Shown: piece by piece, positions 1 through 12,400 of the stretch
Position numbering within the stretch: position 1 is the stretch's first letter
Layout of the letters: each line of letters starts with the position of its first letter
Assembly: GCA_017620205.1 (NCBI GenBank)
Contig: JAFZQX010000034.1
Coordinates: forward strand, 14,506-78,505
Length of the DNA stretch: 64,000 bases
Direction of reading: 5' to 3'
From: Clostridia bacterium
GTDB taxonomy: Bacteria; Bacillota; Clostridia; UMGS1883; UMGS1540
The notes under the pieces: generated by a model
The model's database searches: none
What the model was told of the DNA's origin: nothing
Seen by the model: the letters and a program-made list of their open reading frames with translations, nothing else
Made by a program: the position numbers and the translations under genes

Positions 1-113
1 TATTTCCTGTTATTTTAATATATACTTAAACCATATTTTATAAAGGGGGATTAATACGGGTAAAAGCTTCAGCGCAAAGGTTATGGCGGAAATCCGCCTG
101 TTTATAAGGTATA

Positions 114-142
114 TTGACAGAGTTGCATCGCTATGATACGAT
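114..142 (+). promoter_or_regulatory. sigmaA promoter for lipoprotein pair
   Basis: TTGACA (114-119), 17 nt spacer, TG-extended TACGAT (137-142). Confidence 0.55.
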
Positions 143-167
143 ACAATTATCCTGGAGAAAGGAGAAT

Positions 168-728
168 ATGAAAATGAAAAAAATGATTTCTTTGCTTTTG
201 TGTGCTATGATGGCGGTAAGTTGCTCCGTTCTTGCTTCCTGCACCTACGGCGACCAAGAAGATGAGGAGTGGTGGCAAAGCGATGCCCGAAGGGAGGCAG
301 ATGAGGAATATGAACGGGACTGGGCTACAAAACCACCCAAGCCGACCGAAAAACCCACCGAGGAACCGTCCTTTATGGAAACGATCTGCGGTACATATCT
401 GGTTTCCGGCACCGGTCATTTGACGGGAAATGCGTGGTATGACGAAGACCTCACAACACAAGATAGAACATATACCAACCTTGCCCTGCACGTTTCACAA
501 GTGGACGAGAATACGGTTGAAATTGATGTAGAGGGAGGTTTACAAGGAAGCGGCACGGTAAGCGCAGAGTCTCCCACCGTCAGCTACACGGGCGTAGAGG
601 AGGATGGAGACAACTATCAGGTTACCGTAACATTTACCGTCAATGACGGCGGCGCACGTGTGGATTTTAGTTTTCATTCCAGTGATTCCGACAGCACGGA
701 AGATATGAAACTAAGCGGTGAAAAGTAA
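168..728 (+). CDS. Lipoprotein of unknown function (paralog 1)
   Basis: RBS AAGGAG before ATG 168; signal peptide with lipobox LASC; PT/E-rich linker; beta-rich C-terminal domain shared with the next gene. Confidence 0.75.
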   Translation: MKMKKMISLLLCAMMAVSCSVLASCTYGDQEDEEWWQSDARREADEEYERDWATKPPKPTEKPTEEPSFMETICGTYLVSGTGHLTGNAWYDEDLTTQDRTYTNLALHVSQVDENTVEIDVEGGLQGSGTVSAESPTVSYTGVEEDGDNYQVTVTFTVNDGGARVDFSFHSSDSDSTEDMKLSGEK

Positions 729-763
729 ACGTTTATAAAAATCACTTTTCAAGGAGGAATATA

Positions 764-1393
764 ATGAAAAACAGAATTATAAAGACAGCGCTTATCGTGC
801 TTTTGTGTATTTGTACAATACTGTTTCTCACAGGCTGTCCAAGCCATCATGACGAAGTAATATCGGATGCAAGATACGGAAAATTCAAAGAGCTTACCGA
901 GGGCGGGATGAGTAAAGAGGACGCCAACAGGTGGCTTGACGAACACACGGAGGAGTGGCATCCCGATGATAAAAAATCTGATTCGGATAAGGCAGAGGAG
1001 ACGGAAAAGCCCACCGAAGAACCGGTTGATTTTATGGAAACGATCTGCGGTACATATCTCGTATCGGGAACCGGTGTTTTGACCGGTGGGGCTGTTTATG
1101 ATGACGAAGGCCCCGAAACGACTTTTACGAAGCTTGCCTTACATGTTTCGCAAGCGGGCGACAATGCCGTTCAAATCGATGTGGAAGGTGAACACGCAGG
1201 CAGCGGTGAGGTGAGTGCGGAGTCGCCCTCTGTCACTTACAAGGATTCAATGGGCTATGAGGTTACGGTAACCTTTGCGGTTACGGATGGTGTTGCACAC
1301 GCGGATATGAGAATTTTTGGTGATTTATCTATTGAGGACACAGGTGAGCGTTGTACCGAGACAATTACATTAATCGGCGAAAAGGTTGAATAA
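764..1393 (+). CDS. Lipoprotein of unknown function (paralog 2)
   Basis: AAGGAGG RBS; lipobox LTGC; shares EKPTEEP..FMETICGTYLVSGTG with paralog 1. Confidence 0.8.
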   Translation: MKNRIIKTALIVLLCICTILFLTGCPSHHDEVISDARYGKFKELTEGGMSKEDANRWLDEHTEEWHPDDKKSDSDKAEETEKPTEEPVDFMETICGTYLVSGTGVLTGGAVYDDEGPETTFTKLALHVSQAGDNAVQIDVEGEHAGSGEVSAESPSVTYKDSMGYEVTVTFAVTDGVAHADMRIFGDLSIEDTGERCTETITLIGEKVE

Positions 1394-1539
1394 ATACATA
1401 TACGCAAGGAGCAACGTGCCGGGGCGGTATGATGGGTGTTCTCCGAAACACAGAAATCTTTGATTTCGTTTTGTTTCGCGGGGTTTCATAAAGGCTATGC
1501 CGAAAACGGCTCTTACAGAGGAAATAAGAGCTGTTTTCA

Positions 1540-2358
1540 ATGTATATGGATAAAAACGGCGAAAAGCTTATCGAAGACGCTCTGCGAAAAGGCGAAAAAC
1601 CAAGTCCGCAGCCCAAAACTCCTAAGACGAGGTTTGAAGATAATAAAAACGGGCGCGTGTTTTATGCAAACGAAGAGAGCAAATCGGGCATAACGGTTTT
1701 CTATCTCCACGGCGGCGCGTATTTTATGGATTTTAACCGTGCTCACTGGAAGCTCATTAATATACTTATTGAGAAAGCCGACGCGCAGGTAATTGCTCCT
1801 TCTTACCGTCTCTTGCCTTTTGCAACATGGGAGGAAGCCTTTGATCTCATTCTCCCGCTTTACAAGGAATACTGCGCAGCCCACCCCGATGAAAAAATCA
1901 TTCTTATGGGAGATTCCGCAGGCGGCGGGCTTTCGCTTGCCGTAACGGAAGAGTTGAAGGCAGAAGGCATCCGTATGCCCGACGAGCTTGTTTTATTATC
2001 GCCATGGGTGGATATTTCCATGGAAAACGAAGAGATTAAAGTGTATGAGCCGAAGGATCCGTTTTTAACGCCCGGTTCACTTGTAACCTGCGGCGAAAGG
2101 TGGAAGGGTGCGCTTGATGTACACGATCCTCATGTAAGCCCTATATACGGTGACCTTAAAGGCATAAAAAACGTCACGGTATTTGCCGGCACGGACGGGA
2201 TATTATACCCCGATATCACAAAGTTTTTCAATATGCTCGACGAAGATCCTTCAAACGAGCTTATTGTCGCGGAGGGCATGAACCATGTTTATCCACTCTT
2301 CCCCATTCCCGAGGCAAAACCCGCGGTAGATAAAATAATTACGGTAATAAAGCGCTGA
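1540..2358 (+). CDS. Alpha/beta hydrolase, hormone-sensitive lipase (family IV esterase) type
   Basis: HGGA oxyanion motif, GDSAGG nucleophile elbow, C-terminal D and H (GMNHVY). Confidence 0.85.
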   Translation: MYMDKNGEKLIEDALRKGEKPSPQPKTPKTRFEDNKNGRVFYANEESKSGITVFYLHGGAYFMDFNRAHWKLINILIEKADAQVIAPSYRLLPFATWEEAFDLILPLYKEYCAAHPDEKIILMGDSAGGGLSLAVTEELKAEGIRMPDELVLLSPWVDISMENEEIKVYEPKDPFLTPGSLVTCGERWKGALDVHDPHVSPIYGDLKGIKNVTVFAGTDGILYPDITKFFNMLDEDPSNELIVAEGMNHVYPLFPIPEAKPAVDKIITVIKR

Positions 2359-2372
2359 TAAACAAACCGCGA

Positions 2373-2406
2373 GCCGGCAAAACACAGTAGTTTTGCCGGT
2401 TTTTTT
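2373..2406 (+). terminator. Intrinsic terminator
   Basis: CCGGCAAAAC/GTTTTGCCGG stem followed by T-tract. Confidence 0.8.
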
Positions 2407-2530
2407 ATTATATAAAAGTTTCTTAAAACTTGCCGGATTTACACGAAATGTTAAAGAATATATATTTACATTCAGCCTGAAATGTGATAAAATATAATCG
2501 TTTAAAATTATACATTTAAAAGGAAACGCA

Positions 2531-3646
2531 ATGATCGACAAATCTCTTTTATTTAAAAAAATTGAAAACAATTTATTTTATGGCGGACTTTGTGATGCAG
2601 ATTACTATCAGGTGCACGGTCAAATAGCAGCGGCAAATAATAAGGCGCTGAGAAACTGGTCCAAACTTGTCAGCATATTCTGGATATATTGTTTGCTTAT
2701 GTCTTTAAAGTCGCCTGCCTATATGGCGTGCCGCCCCGCCTATGCAGTCTCGCTCGGATTGTGTATTTTTTCGTACCTGTGCTCACGTTTCGTTGTGACA
2801 TGGTTTCCAAATACCGTTATTATTTTTAAATACATCTTCCGTCTGTCATTACTCGGCGGCGGTATAGGGATTGCACTCTGCCAGCCGGATTTGCGTTCGA
2901 TTACGCTTTTTGCGGTAGCTATTATTTCGCCTTCTATTTTTATTGACAGCATGATGTCTTCCTTTATAGTTCATATATCGGCGCTTATTTTATATATCTT
3001 CATGGGCCGAAACGTCATTTCGCCCGAGGTATATTCATGGGGACTCGGAAATTATATTTTGTTTTCCATCTTCGGGCTTCTGATCGGTCTTTCGATAAAC
3101 AGAGCGCGTTTTGAACGTTACATTTATGCGGAATATGAAACAAAACTGGCAGAGGCGCAGATGCAGTTTGCATATTTTGACCGGTTGACGGGACTTCGGA
3201 ACAGACGTGCTTATGAAGAAAAGCTGCTTCAGCTTCAAGATGAACCGCAGTCTGAGTTTTGCGTCATAATGGCGGATATTAACGGACTTAAAACGGTTAA
3301 TGATACAATAGGTCACAATGCCGGCGACGAACTCATAACAGGCGCTTCAAAGTGTTTGTCGGAAGCTTTTGACGGCATAAATACCATCTACCGTATCGGC
3401 GGCGATGAATTTTGTATAATAATGCCCGCCTCTGCCGAAAAGACATGTCTTTGTCTTTCGCGTCTTGAAGAACTGTTTTCAAACTGGCGCGGCCGCTATG
3501 TAAACAGTCTTTCCGTATCTGTCGGTGTTGCTTCGTCCAAGGATCACGAAGACGTAGAATCCGTCGTTGCCGAGGCAGATAAAAAAATGTATGATTGTAA
3601 ACGCAATTACCCCATAAACCGCAGCGGCAAAGAAAATACAATATAA
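2531..3646 (+). CDS. Membrane-bound diguanylate cyclase (GGDEF)
   Basis: About 6 hydrophobic N-terminal segments; DRLTGLRNRR, DINGLKTVNDTIGHNAGD and YRIGGDEF motifs. Confidence 0.9.
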   Translation: MIDKSLLFKKIENNLFYGGLCDADYYQVHGQIAAANNKALRNWSKLVSIFWIYCLLMSLKSPAYMACRPAYAVSLGLCIFSYLCSRFVVTWFPNTVIIFKYIFRLSLLGGGIGIALCQPDLRSITLFAVAIISPSIFIDSMMSSFIVHISALILYIFMGRNVISPEVYSWGLGNYILFSIFGLLIGLSINRARFERYIYAEYETKLAEAQMQFAYFDRLTGLRNRRAYEEKLLQLQDEPQSEFCVIMADINGLKTVNDTIGHNAGDELITGASKCLSEAFDGINTIYRIGGDEFCIIMPASAEKTCLCLSRLEELFSNWRGRYVNSLSVSVGVASSKDHEDVESVVAEADKKMYDCKRNYPINRSGKENTI

Positions 3647-3666
3647 TTAAAAAGAGGTGTTTCATA

Positions 3667-5112
3667 ATGATTTCCCTGTTTTTATCCTTTGTTGTTTTAC
3701 TTATCGGCTTCTCCTTATACGGCAGACTTACGGAAAAAGTTTTTTCGCCCGATTCGAGGGAAACGCCCGCAATTTCAATAAACGACGGCGTTGACTGCGT
3801 TCCGATGAAAACGGGCAAGGCGTATTTGATTCAGCTTTTAAATATTGCGGGCACGGGCCCTATTTTCGGCGCTTTAATGGGCGCTGTGTTCGGTCCCGTT
3901 GTCTTTTTATGGATTATATTCGGCTCTGTTTTGGGCGGCGCCGTACACGACTATATGTCCGGCATGATAAGCTCAAGACACGGCGGCGATTCCATATCCG
4001 AATTATCGGGCGTTTATCTTGGAAATTTGGCTAAATGGATTATGCGTATTTTTTCGGTTGTTCTTTTGGTGCTTTGCGGCACAGTTTTTGTTACAAGTCC
4101 CGCCGCGCTGCTTGCAAAGCTGACGCCCGACCATTTAAACGGCACATTCTGGGCAATTGTAGTGCTTATTTATTATCTTCTCGCAACCCTGCTCCCCATT
4201 GATAAGCTTATAGGGAAGCTTTATCCCGTTTTCGGCGTGCTTCTTATAGTTATGGCGCTCGCCGTGCTCGGAGGAATATTATTCTCGGGCGGAAAATTTG
4301 TGATACCGGAGCTTTCGCTTCAAAATCTTCATCCCGCCGGGACGCCCATATGGCCCTATATGTTTATAACGGTTGCGTGCGGCGCCGTTTCGGGCTTTCA
4401 CGCTACGCAGTCGCCTATGATAGCAAAATGCATCACGGGCGAAAAAGAGGGCCGCAAAGTATTTTACGGTGCTATGATAAGCGAATCCGTTATCGCTCTT
4501 ATCTGGGCGGCGGCAGGCGTTGCATTTTACGGCACGACAAAAATGTTAAATGAAGCGCTTTCTCTCGGCGCGTCAAATGTTGTATATGAAATATCAACGG
4601 GAGTACTCGGCACTTACGGCAGTATTTTAGCCATTGCCGGTGTTATAATATGCCCCATAACTTCGGGCGACACGGCGTTTCGCAGCGCAAGACTCGTCTT
4701 GGCGGAAACGTTTAACCTCCCGCAAAAGAAGATCAAAAACCGTCTTGTAATTACTTTGCCGCTTCTTATCATAGGCGGATTACTTACGTGGTTTGCAATT
4801 GTAAACAACAACGGCTTTACAGTTGTATGGCGCTATTTCTCATGGAGCAATCAAACGCTTGCCATGATAGCTTTGTGGGTTGCTTCGGTATATCTTGTAA
4901 AAGAAGGAAAATACCGCTTCGGCTCTTTCCTTACGGCTATTCCCGCGACTTTTATGTCGGCTGTTAGCCTTACGTATATTTTGACCGCGGCCGAAGGCTT
5001 CCGTCTGTCTACAAGTATTGCATATCCTTCGGGAATATGCTTTGCCGGTATTCTTTTCGCCGCTTACCTGGTATTTTGGGCGCGGTATAAAAAAACACAG
5101 AGCGAGAGGTGA
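3667..5112 (+). CDS. cstA: Carbon starvation CstA family transporter
   Basis: [29 protein letters not shown] and TSGDTAFR signatures; polytopic membrane protein. Confidence 0.88.
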   Translation: MISLFLSFVVLLIGFSLYGRLTEKVFSPDSRETPAISINDGVDCVPMKTGKAYLIQLLNIAGTGPIFGALMGAVFGPVVFLWIIFGSVLGGAVHDYMSGMISSRHGGDSISELSGVYLGNLAKWIMRIFSVVLLVLCGTVFVTSPAALLAKLTPDHLNGTFWAIVVLIYYLLATLLPIDKLIGKLYPVFGVLLIVMALAVLGGILFSGGKFVIPELSLQNLHPAGTPIWPYMFITVACGAVSGFHATQSPMIAKCITGEKEGRKVFYGAMISESVIALIWAAAGVAFYGTTKMLNEALSLGASNVVYEISTGVLGTYGSILAIAGVIICPITSGDTAFRSARLVLAETFNLPQKKIKNRLVITLPLLIIGGLLTWFAIVNNNGFTVVWRYFSWSNQTLAMIALWVASVYLVKEGKYRFGSFLTAIPATFMSAVSLTYILTAAEGFRLSTSIAYPSGICFAGILFAAYLVFWARYKKTQSER

Positions 5113-5117
5113 GCGCA

Positions 5118-6320
5118 ATGAATACTATAAAGTGTCCTAAATGCGGCGAGGTTTTCAGCGTTGATGAAACAAGCTATGATTCGATTCTTAAGCAAGTCCG
5201 CGACCAAGAGTTTTTAAGGGAAATTGAAGAGCGCGAAAAGAGCTATGCAAGGGATAAGGAAACGTCTATAAAGCTTGCAAAAGCGGAAACAACCGAGGCA
5301 ATGAGCGCAGAACTTTCAAAAAAGGACGCCGAAATCGCAGAGCTTAAAGCAAAACTGAAAATCGAAGAGGACAGCAAAAAAGCAGCCGTAACAGAGGCCG
5401 TTTTGAAAAAGGAAGCGGAAATTTCCGAACAGAGAGAGCAAATTGCACTTTTAAACGGCCGGATTGAAACAAATGAAAAGGCATCGCAGCTTAAAGCGCA
5501 AACTCTTAAAGAAAGCTATGAAGAAAAGCTTAAAGGCAAGGACGAACAAATAGCATACTATAAAGATTTAAAAGCCAGACAGTCGACAAAAATGGTTGGC
5601 GAAACGCTTGAGCAGCACTGTGAAACAGAATTTAACAAGCTCCGCGCAACGGGTTTTCAAAACGCTTATTTTGAAAAAGACAACGACGCGAGAAGCGGCT
5701 CAAAAGGCGATTTTATTTTCAAAGATTTTTCCGATGACGGTACAGAGTATATCTCCATTATGTTTGAAATGAAAAATGAGATGGACGAAACGGCAACAAA
5801 GCATAAAAACGAAGATTTCTTTAAAGAGCTTGATAAGGACAGAAACGAGAAGAAATGCGAATACGCCGTTTTGGTTTCACTGCTTGAAGCGGACAGCGAG
5901 CTTTATAACACGGGAATAGTTGACGTATCGCATAAGTATCCGAAAATGTATGTTATAAGACCGCAGTTCTTTATTCCGATGATAACGCTTCTGAGAAACG
6001 CTTCTTTAAATTCTCTGCAGTATAAGAGGGAGCTTGCCGTTATCCGTAACCAGAATATTGATATATCGCATTTTGAAGAGGACATGAATGACTTTAAAGA
6101 AAAGTTTGCAAGAAACTACAGATTGGCAAGTGAAAAATTTAAAAAAGCCATAGATGAAATAGATAAGACTATAGACCATCTGCAAAAAACAAAAGAGGCG
6201 CTTCTGTCTTCTGAGAATAATTTAAGACTTGCAAACAACAAAGCGGAAGAGCTTTCAATAAAGAAGCTTACGAGAAACAACCCCACAATGGCGGAAAAAT
6301 TCGCGGAATTAAAAAACTGA
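5118..6320 (+). CDS. DUF2130 family protein (Zn ribbon, coiled coil, RmuC-like C-terminal domain)
   Basis: N-terminal CPKCG; long coiled coil; [19 protein letters not shown] and IMFEMKNE motifs. Confidence 0.8.
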   Translation: MNTIKCPKCGEVFSVDETSYDSILKQVRDQEFLREIEEREKSYARDKETSIKLAKAETTEAMSAELSKKDAEIAELKAKLKIEEDSKKAAVTEAVLKKEAEISEQREQIALLNGRIETNEKASQLKAQTLKESYEEKLKGKDEQIAYYKDLKARQSTKMVGETLEQHCETEFNKLRATGFQNAYFEKDNDARSGSKGDFIFKDFSDDGTEYISIMFEMKNEMDETATKHKNEDFFKELDKDRNEKKCEYAVLVSLLEADSELYNTGIVDVSHKYPKMYVIRPQFFIPMITLLRNASLNSLQYKRELAVIRNQNIDISHFEEDMNDFKEKFARNYRLASEKFKKAIDEIDKTIDHLQKTKEALLSSENNLRLANNKAEELSIKKLTRNNPTMAEKFAELKN

Positions 6321-6324
6321 ATTT

Positions 6325-6358
6325 AAAGAGCAGATAGGCATAACCTACCTGCTCTTTT
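6325..6358 (+). terminator. Intrinsic terminator
   Basis: AAAGAGCAGATAGG/CCTACCTGCTCTTT hairpin. Confidence 0.7.
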
Positions 6359-6370
6359 CTGTAAAAAAGC

Positions 6371-6399
6371 TTGTTAATCTTATAAAATTATTATATAAT
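6371..6399 (+). promoter_or_regulatory. sigmaA promoter of giant surface protein
   Basis: TTGTTA-17-TATAAT. Confidence 0.55.
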
Positions 6400-6488
6400 A
6401 TTATAGTTATATAAATTATCGCAAAAAACATATAATACATGCGGCTGTTCCACCCCCGGAATTTGGCTTTAAAGAGGAGGACAAATCA

Positions 6489-9400
6489 ATGATAAAACAT
6501 TTAAAAAAGGCTTTCGTTATATTTTTGGCGCTTTCAATGTGCCTGGCGCTTTTACCCTCTGCAGCATTTGCCGACGAAGAGGTTTTCTATGTCGTCGGAA
6601 ATTTTTCACATTGGTCAACCGATGAAGCTTATAAAATGACGAAAAAAACGGTTTCGGGTGTAACCGAATATACTTATACAATGGATCTTACAACAGAAGA
6701 CCAGTTTAAGATAGTCGGCGTTTTAAACGGTGAGCAGTTTTGGTATCCGGAGGGCATGGGCAACAACTACGGCGAAAACGGCGAAATTAAAGAGGACGGC
6801 ACATACATCATTAGGTTTGATCCCAACGCCGGCACGGACGACTGGTTTTACAACTTTATTAACGCCGAAAAATATGAGCCGGCGGACGATACAGCCGCAA
6901 TATGCCTATATGCAAACGGTAAATTATGCGATTCACGCGAGTTTAATGTCGATGATACCTTTACCGTGTATACATCACTAAACACCGCGGAAATTGACAG
7001 CGGCAGAGTCGCAAATATAATAGGCAAGCAGTGTTATTCCACAACCGTAAAATGCGTAAATGAATTATATGACAATGATTCTTTTTATGATGTTGCTGCC
7101 ACTTTCCCCGTGATGGGAAATAAAGCTATGGGAGGCATCGAAAACGCCGGCGATATATGTTTCAGCGGCTCAACTCCCGGCGTAGTTAATCCTTTTATCT
7201 TCGATTCCGATGACGATTTGCTCATCGTTACACAATTTCAGGTAATGGAGGCGGGAAATGTCAGCATCAGCACCGATTTGCAGCTGCTGGCGCTCCCCGA
7301 TGAGGAGTTTACAAAAGTTATTAACAATTATAATATAGCTGACGCTTATGACGGAAAGGTACATATCATATCGTCTTTTGAAAAACCCTCTCCCAAACAG
7401 CCGCTGTATGTAGACACATGGGACAAACTGGAGGCCGCTTTAGAGACCGGCGGCGACATAGTACTAACCGCCGATGTTACTCCCGATGACCCTTCAGATT
7501 ATAATATGCTGAGCGTTCCCAAAAAAAAGACTGCTACACTTGATTTAAACGGCCATGTTATAAACAGAGGCTTGACGGAAGCGGCTGATTGGGGCAGTGT
7601 ATTCAGTATAAGCGGCAGCCTTACTATAAAAGACAGTAACCCTACGGCAGAACATGAACCAGCTATAACTTATATAGACCCGGTTACAGGGGAGACCGTC
7701 ACGGTATTGGGCGGCATAATAACAGGAGGTTATCCGACAGTCGGCTATAGTGGCGGCGGCGCACTGGTCGCGGACGGCACACTTAATATGGAAGGCGGCA
7801 CTATCTGCGGCTGCACGGCGGTATACGGCGGCGGTGTATGCACTTTAGGCGGCACATTTAATATGACGGGCGGCTCTATTTGCGGCTGCACGGCGGGATA
7901 CGGCGGCGGCGTATGTACTTTAGGCGGCACATTCAATATGACCGGCGGCACTGTTTGCGGCTGTTACGGAGAAAAAGGCGGCGCAGTATACAGTAACGAA
8001 TCTCTTTATATTAAAGGCTCATCATTTATAAATAATGCTTCAAATGACAGCATTATTTATGCTGACGGACCGGACGTCAGCATTAACCACAATGTTATAA
8101 TATCAGGATCCGGCGGAGCTTCCATCTATATTAAAAATCCCCCTGATGGGACCGTTAAAGATACTTCCTTACCAAGCCTTGAAAAGCAGGACTATGTCGA
8201 CTCAAACTGGTGCGGAAACTTCTCCAATGATTATGATTATAGACCGCCCATGGAATTCGAAGGTGACTCTTGTATCTTAGATTACTGGTACTATCTGAAA
8301 CCCGCGCGCGTAATAGACGAAAACACGGGAGAATACTCCCTTACCGTAACGCCTTATTTGTATAGCTGTACAGTTCAAGAAAACGCTTCTTTGGAAATCA
8401 CGCCGGAGACTTACCTGCTCCCCGAAATAAGGCTGAGCTGCACGGGAGAGGGCGCGGATTTTGGCGACGGCACCGCAATAACTCTAAACAAGGAAAGCTT
8501 TTCCACGGCCGCTTTTGAAGTAGAGTCCGAAAACGGCGGATATACATATACCGTAGGCGTATCATACCCTGCGGGCACAGATGAGTATCCCATATCAGAA
8601 ACGCTCACGTTTGAAAGAACCGTAGATATAAACGGCGGCGAGGATATTACTTACGGTTCTCCCGCGGAGATAAGTATCTCTGCGCTTGAAAACGGAGAAG
8701 AGATTCCCGCAAAAGTCATTGAAGGCAAGACTGTCTCGGTTACCGCAAGAGGAATAGACAATGACATGATTGCGTTCAGCACCGCAGATGTTTCGGAAAA
8801 CGGCACGTTTGAGCTTGATTTGGGTGACATTTCCTTTGGAGAATATGAAGCGGAAATTACCATACCCGGTTTTAAACCCGCAACAGTATCTCTGACTGTT
8901 CCTCATAAAACATATCCTCTTTATATAGCCGGTGTTCAGTTTACAAGCGACAATCTTACAATTGACAGCACCGACAACGCGGATATAGCCTCGGGCACGG
9001 CAAAATACGAGCCCGGAAACAACAAGCTTATCCTTGACGGCTTTAAATATTCCGGTGCCGGCAACACGACAGAAGGCAGGGACAGTGCTTTATACTACAA
9101 CGGAGAAAATGATCTTGCAATCTTTTTCAAAGGTGAAAACAGTCTTACTCTTCATAAAGACAGCGGCAAAAAAAATGTCGGCACCGGTATTTGCTGTGAG
9201 GAAAACGCCTCTTTTAATTTTACCGGTGAGGACAAAAACGCTTCGCTCTATGCGTCTGTTTGCGACGGTTACAATTCAAGCTACGGCATTATCTGCAACG
9301 ATCTTTCCCTGACTATGGGCACACTTACGGGCGAGGCCGGCGATGCTGCAAGCGACAGCGCCGGGGTTTATTGTCATAGAGGCAACACTACAGTTTCAAA

Positions 9401-12400
9401 CGGAACCCTTAAATGCATCGCACACGATGCAACCGCCACATTAATAGCCACCAGCACCGGTTTTTATTCCAAGGGCGAACTCACACTGGAAAACAGCACT
9501 CTTATATGTGAGGCAAACACTGCAACGTGCACGGATTCCGGTTCCTTAGCCGTAAGCCGGGGACTGTGCGCCGGCTATATCACCGTTACAAACAGCAATG
9601 TAAAATGCTCAAGCGGCAATGCTGTTGCAACGGACGGAGGCTCCCACAGCTATGGTATATATGCAGGCCGGGGGGTAACTTTTGAAAGCGGCAATATAAC
9701 AGGTTTGGCAGGCACCGCAAAAGCAGCAACAGGAATAACACTTCCTGATTTAGAAAATTCCGTCATAAATCTTGATTTTTACTGCGGCAATAGCGAAAAA
9801 GACGCTAAAAAGACAGATCTTTCTGACTATTATGACAACGATCTTTCTTTCCCCTACGTAAACTTCCGCGAACAAGATCCAAACGAGCCGCAGTATGTAG
9901 ACACATGGGGTAAACTGGAGGATGCTTTATCAGACGGCGGCGACATAGTACTTACCGCCGATGTTACTCCCGATGACCCTTCAGATCTTAATATGCTGAG
10001 CGTTCCCAAAGAAAAGACTGCTACACTTGATTTAAACGGCCATGTTATAAACAGAGGCTTGACGGAAGCGGCTGATTGGGGCAGTGTATTCAGTATAAGC
10101 GGCAGCCTTACTATAAAAGACAGTAACCCAAAGGCAACACACGACCCCGCTATAACCGTCAAAAACCCGAATACCGGCGATACCGTAACGGTATTGGGCG
10201 GCATTATAAAGGGCGGATATACAAATTTAGAAGGCGGCGCCATAAATATTAAAAACGGAATATGCAATATGGAGGGCGGCACGATATTTTCCTGCCGCGC
10301 AGGATACGGCGGCGGAGTATATGTTTCGCCCGGCAGCACCCTCAATATGACGGGCGGCGCAATATACGGCTGCGAATCAGACAGCGGCGCCGCTATATAC
10401 AGCGACGGCGCTATGCATGTAACCGGCGCAACATTTATGTATAATTCGGGCAACGATATATTCAATTCCCAAACGCCGGCAATCACAATGAATCACAATG
10501 TTATATCAGAATATGCCGACAAAACGATATCCGTTTTACAGCCTCCCGACGAGTCGGGGATTGCAGCTTCCGAGCCAAGTCTGGATGTAATGAGACATTT
10601 GGATTCAAACTGGTATAAATCCTATTTTTCAAATTATTTCACCTCCCCTTGTGACTGCGACGCTCCGTATTCATTCTGGTACTATCTTAAACCCGAACGC
10701 GTGATTGACGAAGAAACAGGAGCATACTCGCTTAAAGTAACTCCTTATTTATACAGCACCATCTCCAACAGTTCCTTGGAAATAACGCCCGATACATACC
10801 TGCTTCCGGAAATAAACCTTGCCTTTACGGCTGAGGGCGCGGCATTTGACGATGACGCCATATTATCCCTCAGCAAAGAGAGCTTTACTCCGGCAGGCTT
10901 TGAGGTTAAACCCGGAAAAGGCGAATATTCTTATTCGCTTAGCCTCGCTTACCCCGAAGGCATCGAAACAGACAATTATCCCGAAACGCTTTCTTTTGAA
11001 AGAACAATAAAAGTAAACGGCGGCGAGGATATTACTTACGGTTCTCCCATGGAGATAGATGTATCGGCTCTTGAAAACGGGGAGGAAATACCCTTAAAGG
11101 TTATTGAGGGCAAAACCGTTACCGTATCTCTTAAAGACGCTTTTGGCGAAGACGCAGGGGGATTTACTTCCACCGTCGCGGAAAACGGAAAGTTTACGCT
11201 TGATTTAGACAATATCCCGAAAGGAACCTATTTAGCTACTTTTGAGATTGAAGGCTTTAAGCCCGTTGTCGAAGCGCTTTTGGATACAGAACCCGTAAAA
11301 TATCCCCTTTTTATAGGCGGCGTACAGTTTACAGACGAAAAGCTGACCGTTGATGCGGCAGATAACGGGGATATCACAGCGGGCTCGGCAACATACGATC
11401 CCAAAAACCGCAAGCTCGAACTAAACGGCTTTAAATACAAGGGCGCGGGCAGCTCAGCTGAAGATGCAGACGCCGCTTTGCTCTACACGGATGATGATGA
11501 CCTTACTATTTGTTTTAAGGGCGAAAACAGCCTTCAGCTTCATAAAGACAGTGACATAAAAGATATAGGCGCCGGTATTTGCGGCTGCGGCGAGGGCGCT
11601 TTAAATTTCATAGGAGAGGACGATACCGCCTCGATATATGCGTTTGCCGACGGACATAAAGAAAACTTCGGCGTAAAATGCGATACTTTAAATATTAATA
11701 CGGGCTCTCTTAAAGGAGAGGGCGGCTCAGCGAGCGAAATAAGCCTTGGCATATATTGTGGCCTCAATGACTTTTCTGTTTCAAACGCCAAGGTTACGGG
11801 TATCGGAGGTAATGTTGACGGTACAATGTGTGCATACAGCAGCGGCATCGAAGTCGATGGGACAACAACTCTTGAAGACTGTACCATTTTAGCAGACGGA
11901 CACAAGGTAACAAACACAACGGACGGGATTACAAGAAGCTGCGGACTGCTCGCGTCAGAAGGTATAACAGCCAAAAACAGCACGGTTATATGTACGGCAG
12001 ATGAGGCAGAAATGCCGGAATCCATGTACGACCCCATTTCATGGGGTTTCATTTCAAACAGTACGGTAAGCTTCCAAAACAGCAATATCGTATGCTCCGG
12101 TAAACTGTCGGCAACAAATATAACTAAATGGGAAGAACACGCTATAGATCTTCCCGCATTTTGCGGCAGCAGCGAAGAAGACGCAGAAATAACGGATTTT
12201 GCATCGTTTCTTTCTAACCAAGGTGCTTATAAATACGTAAACTTCAGAAACCTCTATATTTATAACGTAACCGTGACACCGGGCGATGGCATGTTGACGG
12301 CAGACGGCACAGGCGCTGAAAGCCAGCAGGTTGAAGAAGGCGGCGCTATGGATGACGTTATATATATGGCAGTCAAAGACTGTTATTTCCCTGAAGACTA

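Noticed and set aside
58-100. GGTAAA..GCGCAAAG resembling a c-di-GMP-I riboswitch
   Set aside because: No GAAA-capped stem or second conserved hairpin, and it lies upstream of the predicted promoter
6371-6388. TTGTTAA Rex-like half site
   Set aside because: Second half site is absent; better explained as a -35 box 17 nt from TATAAT
7406-10129. Diversity-generating retroelement TR/VR pair
   Set aside because: Mismatches are not adenine-specific, both copies are coding, and there is no reverse transcriptase
9854-12085. Long antisense ORFs (9854-10486 and 11540-12085; likewise 44674-45375 and 47931-48473)
   Set aside because: Shadows of well-supported genes on the opposite strand, with no motifs
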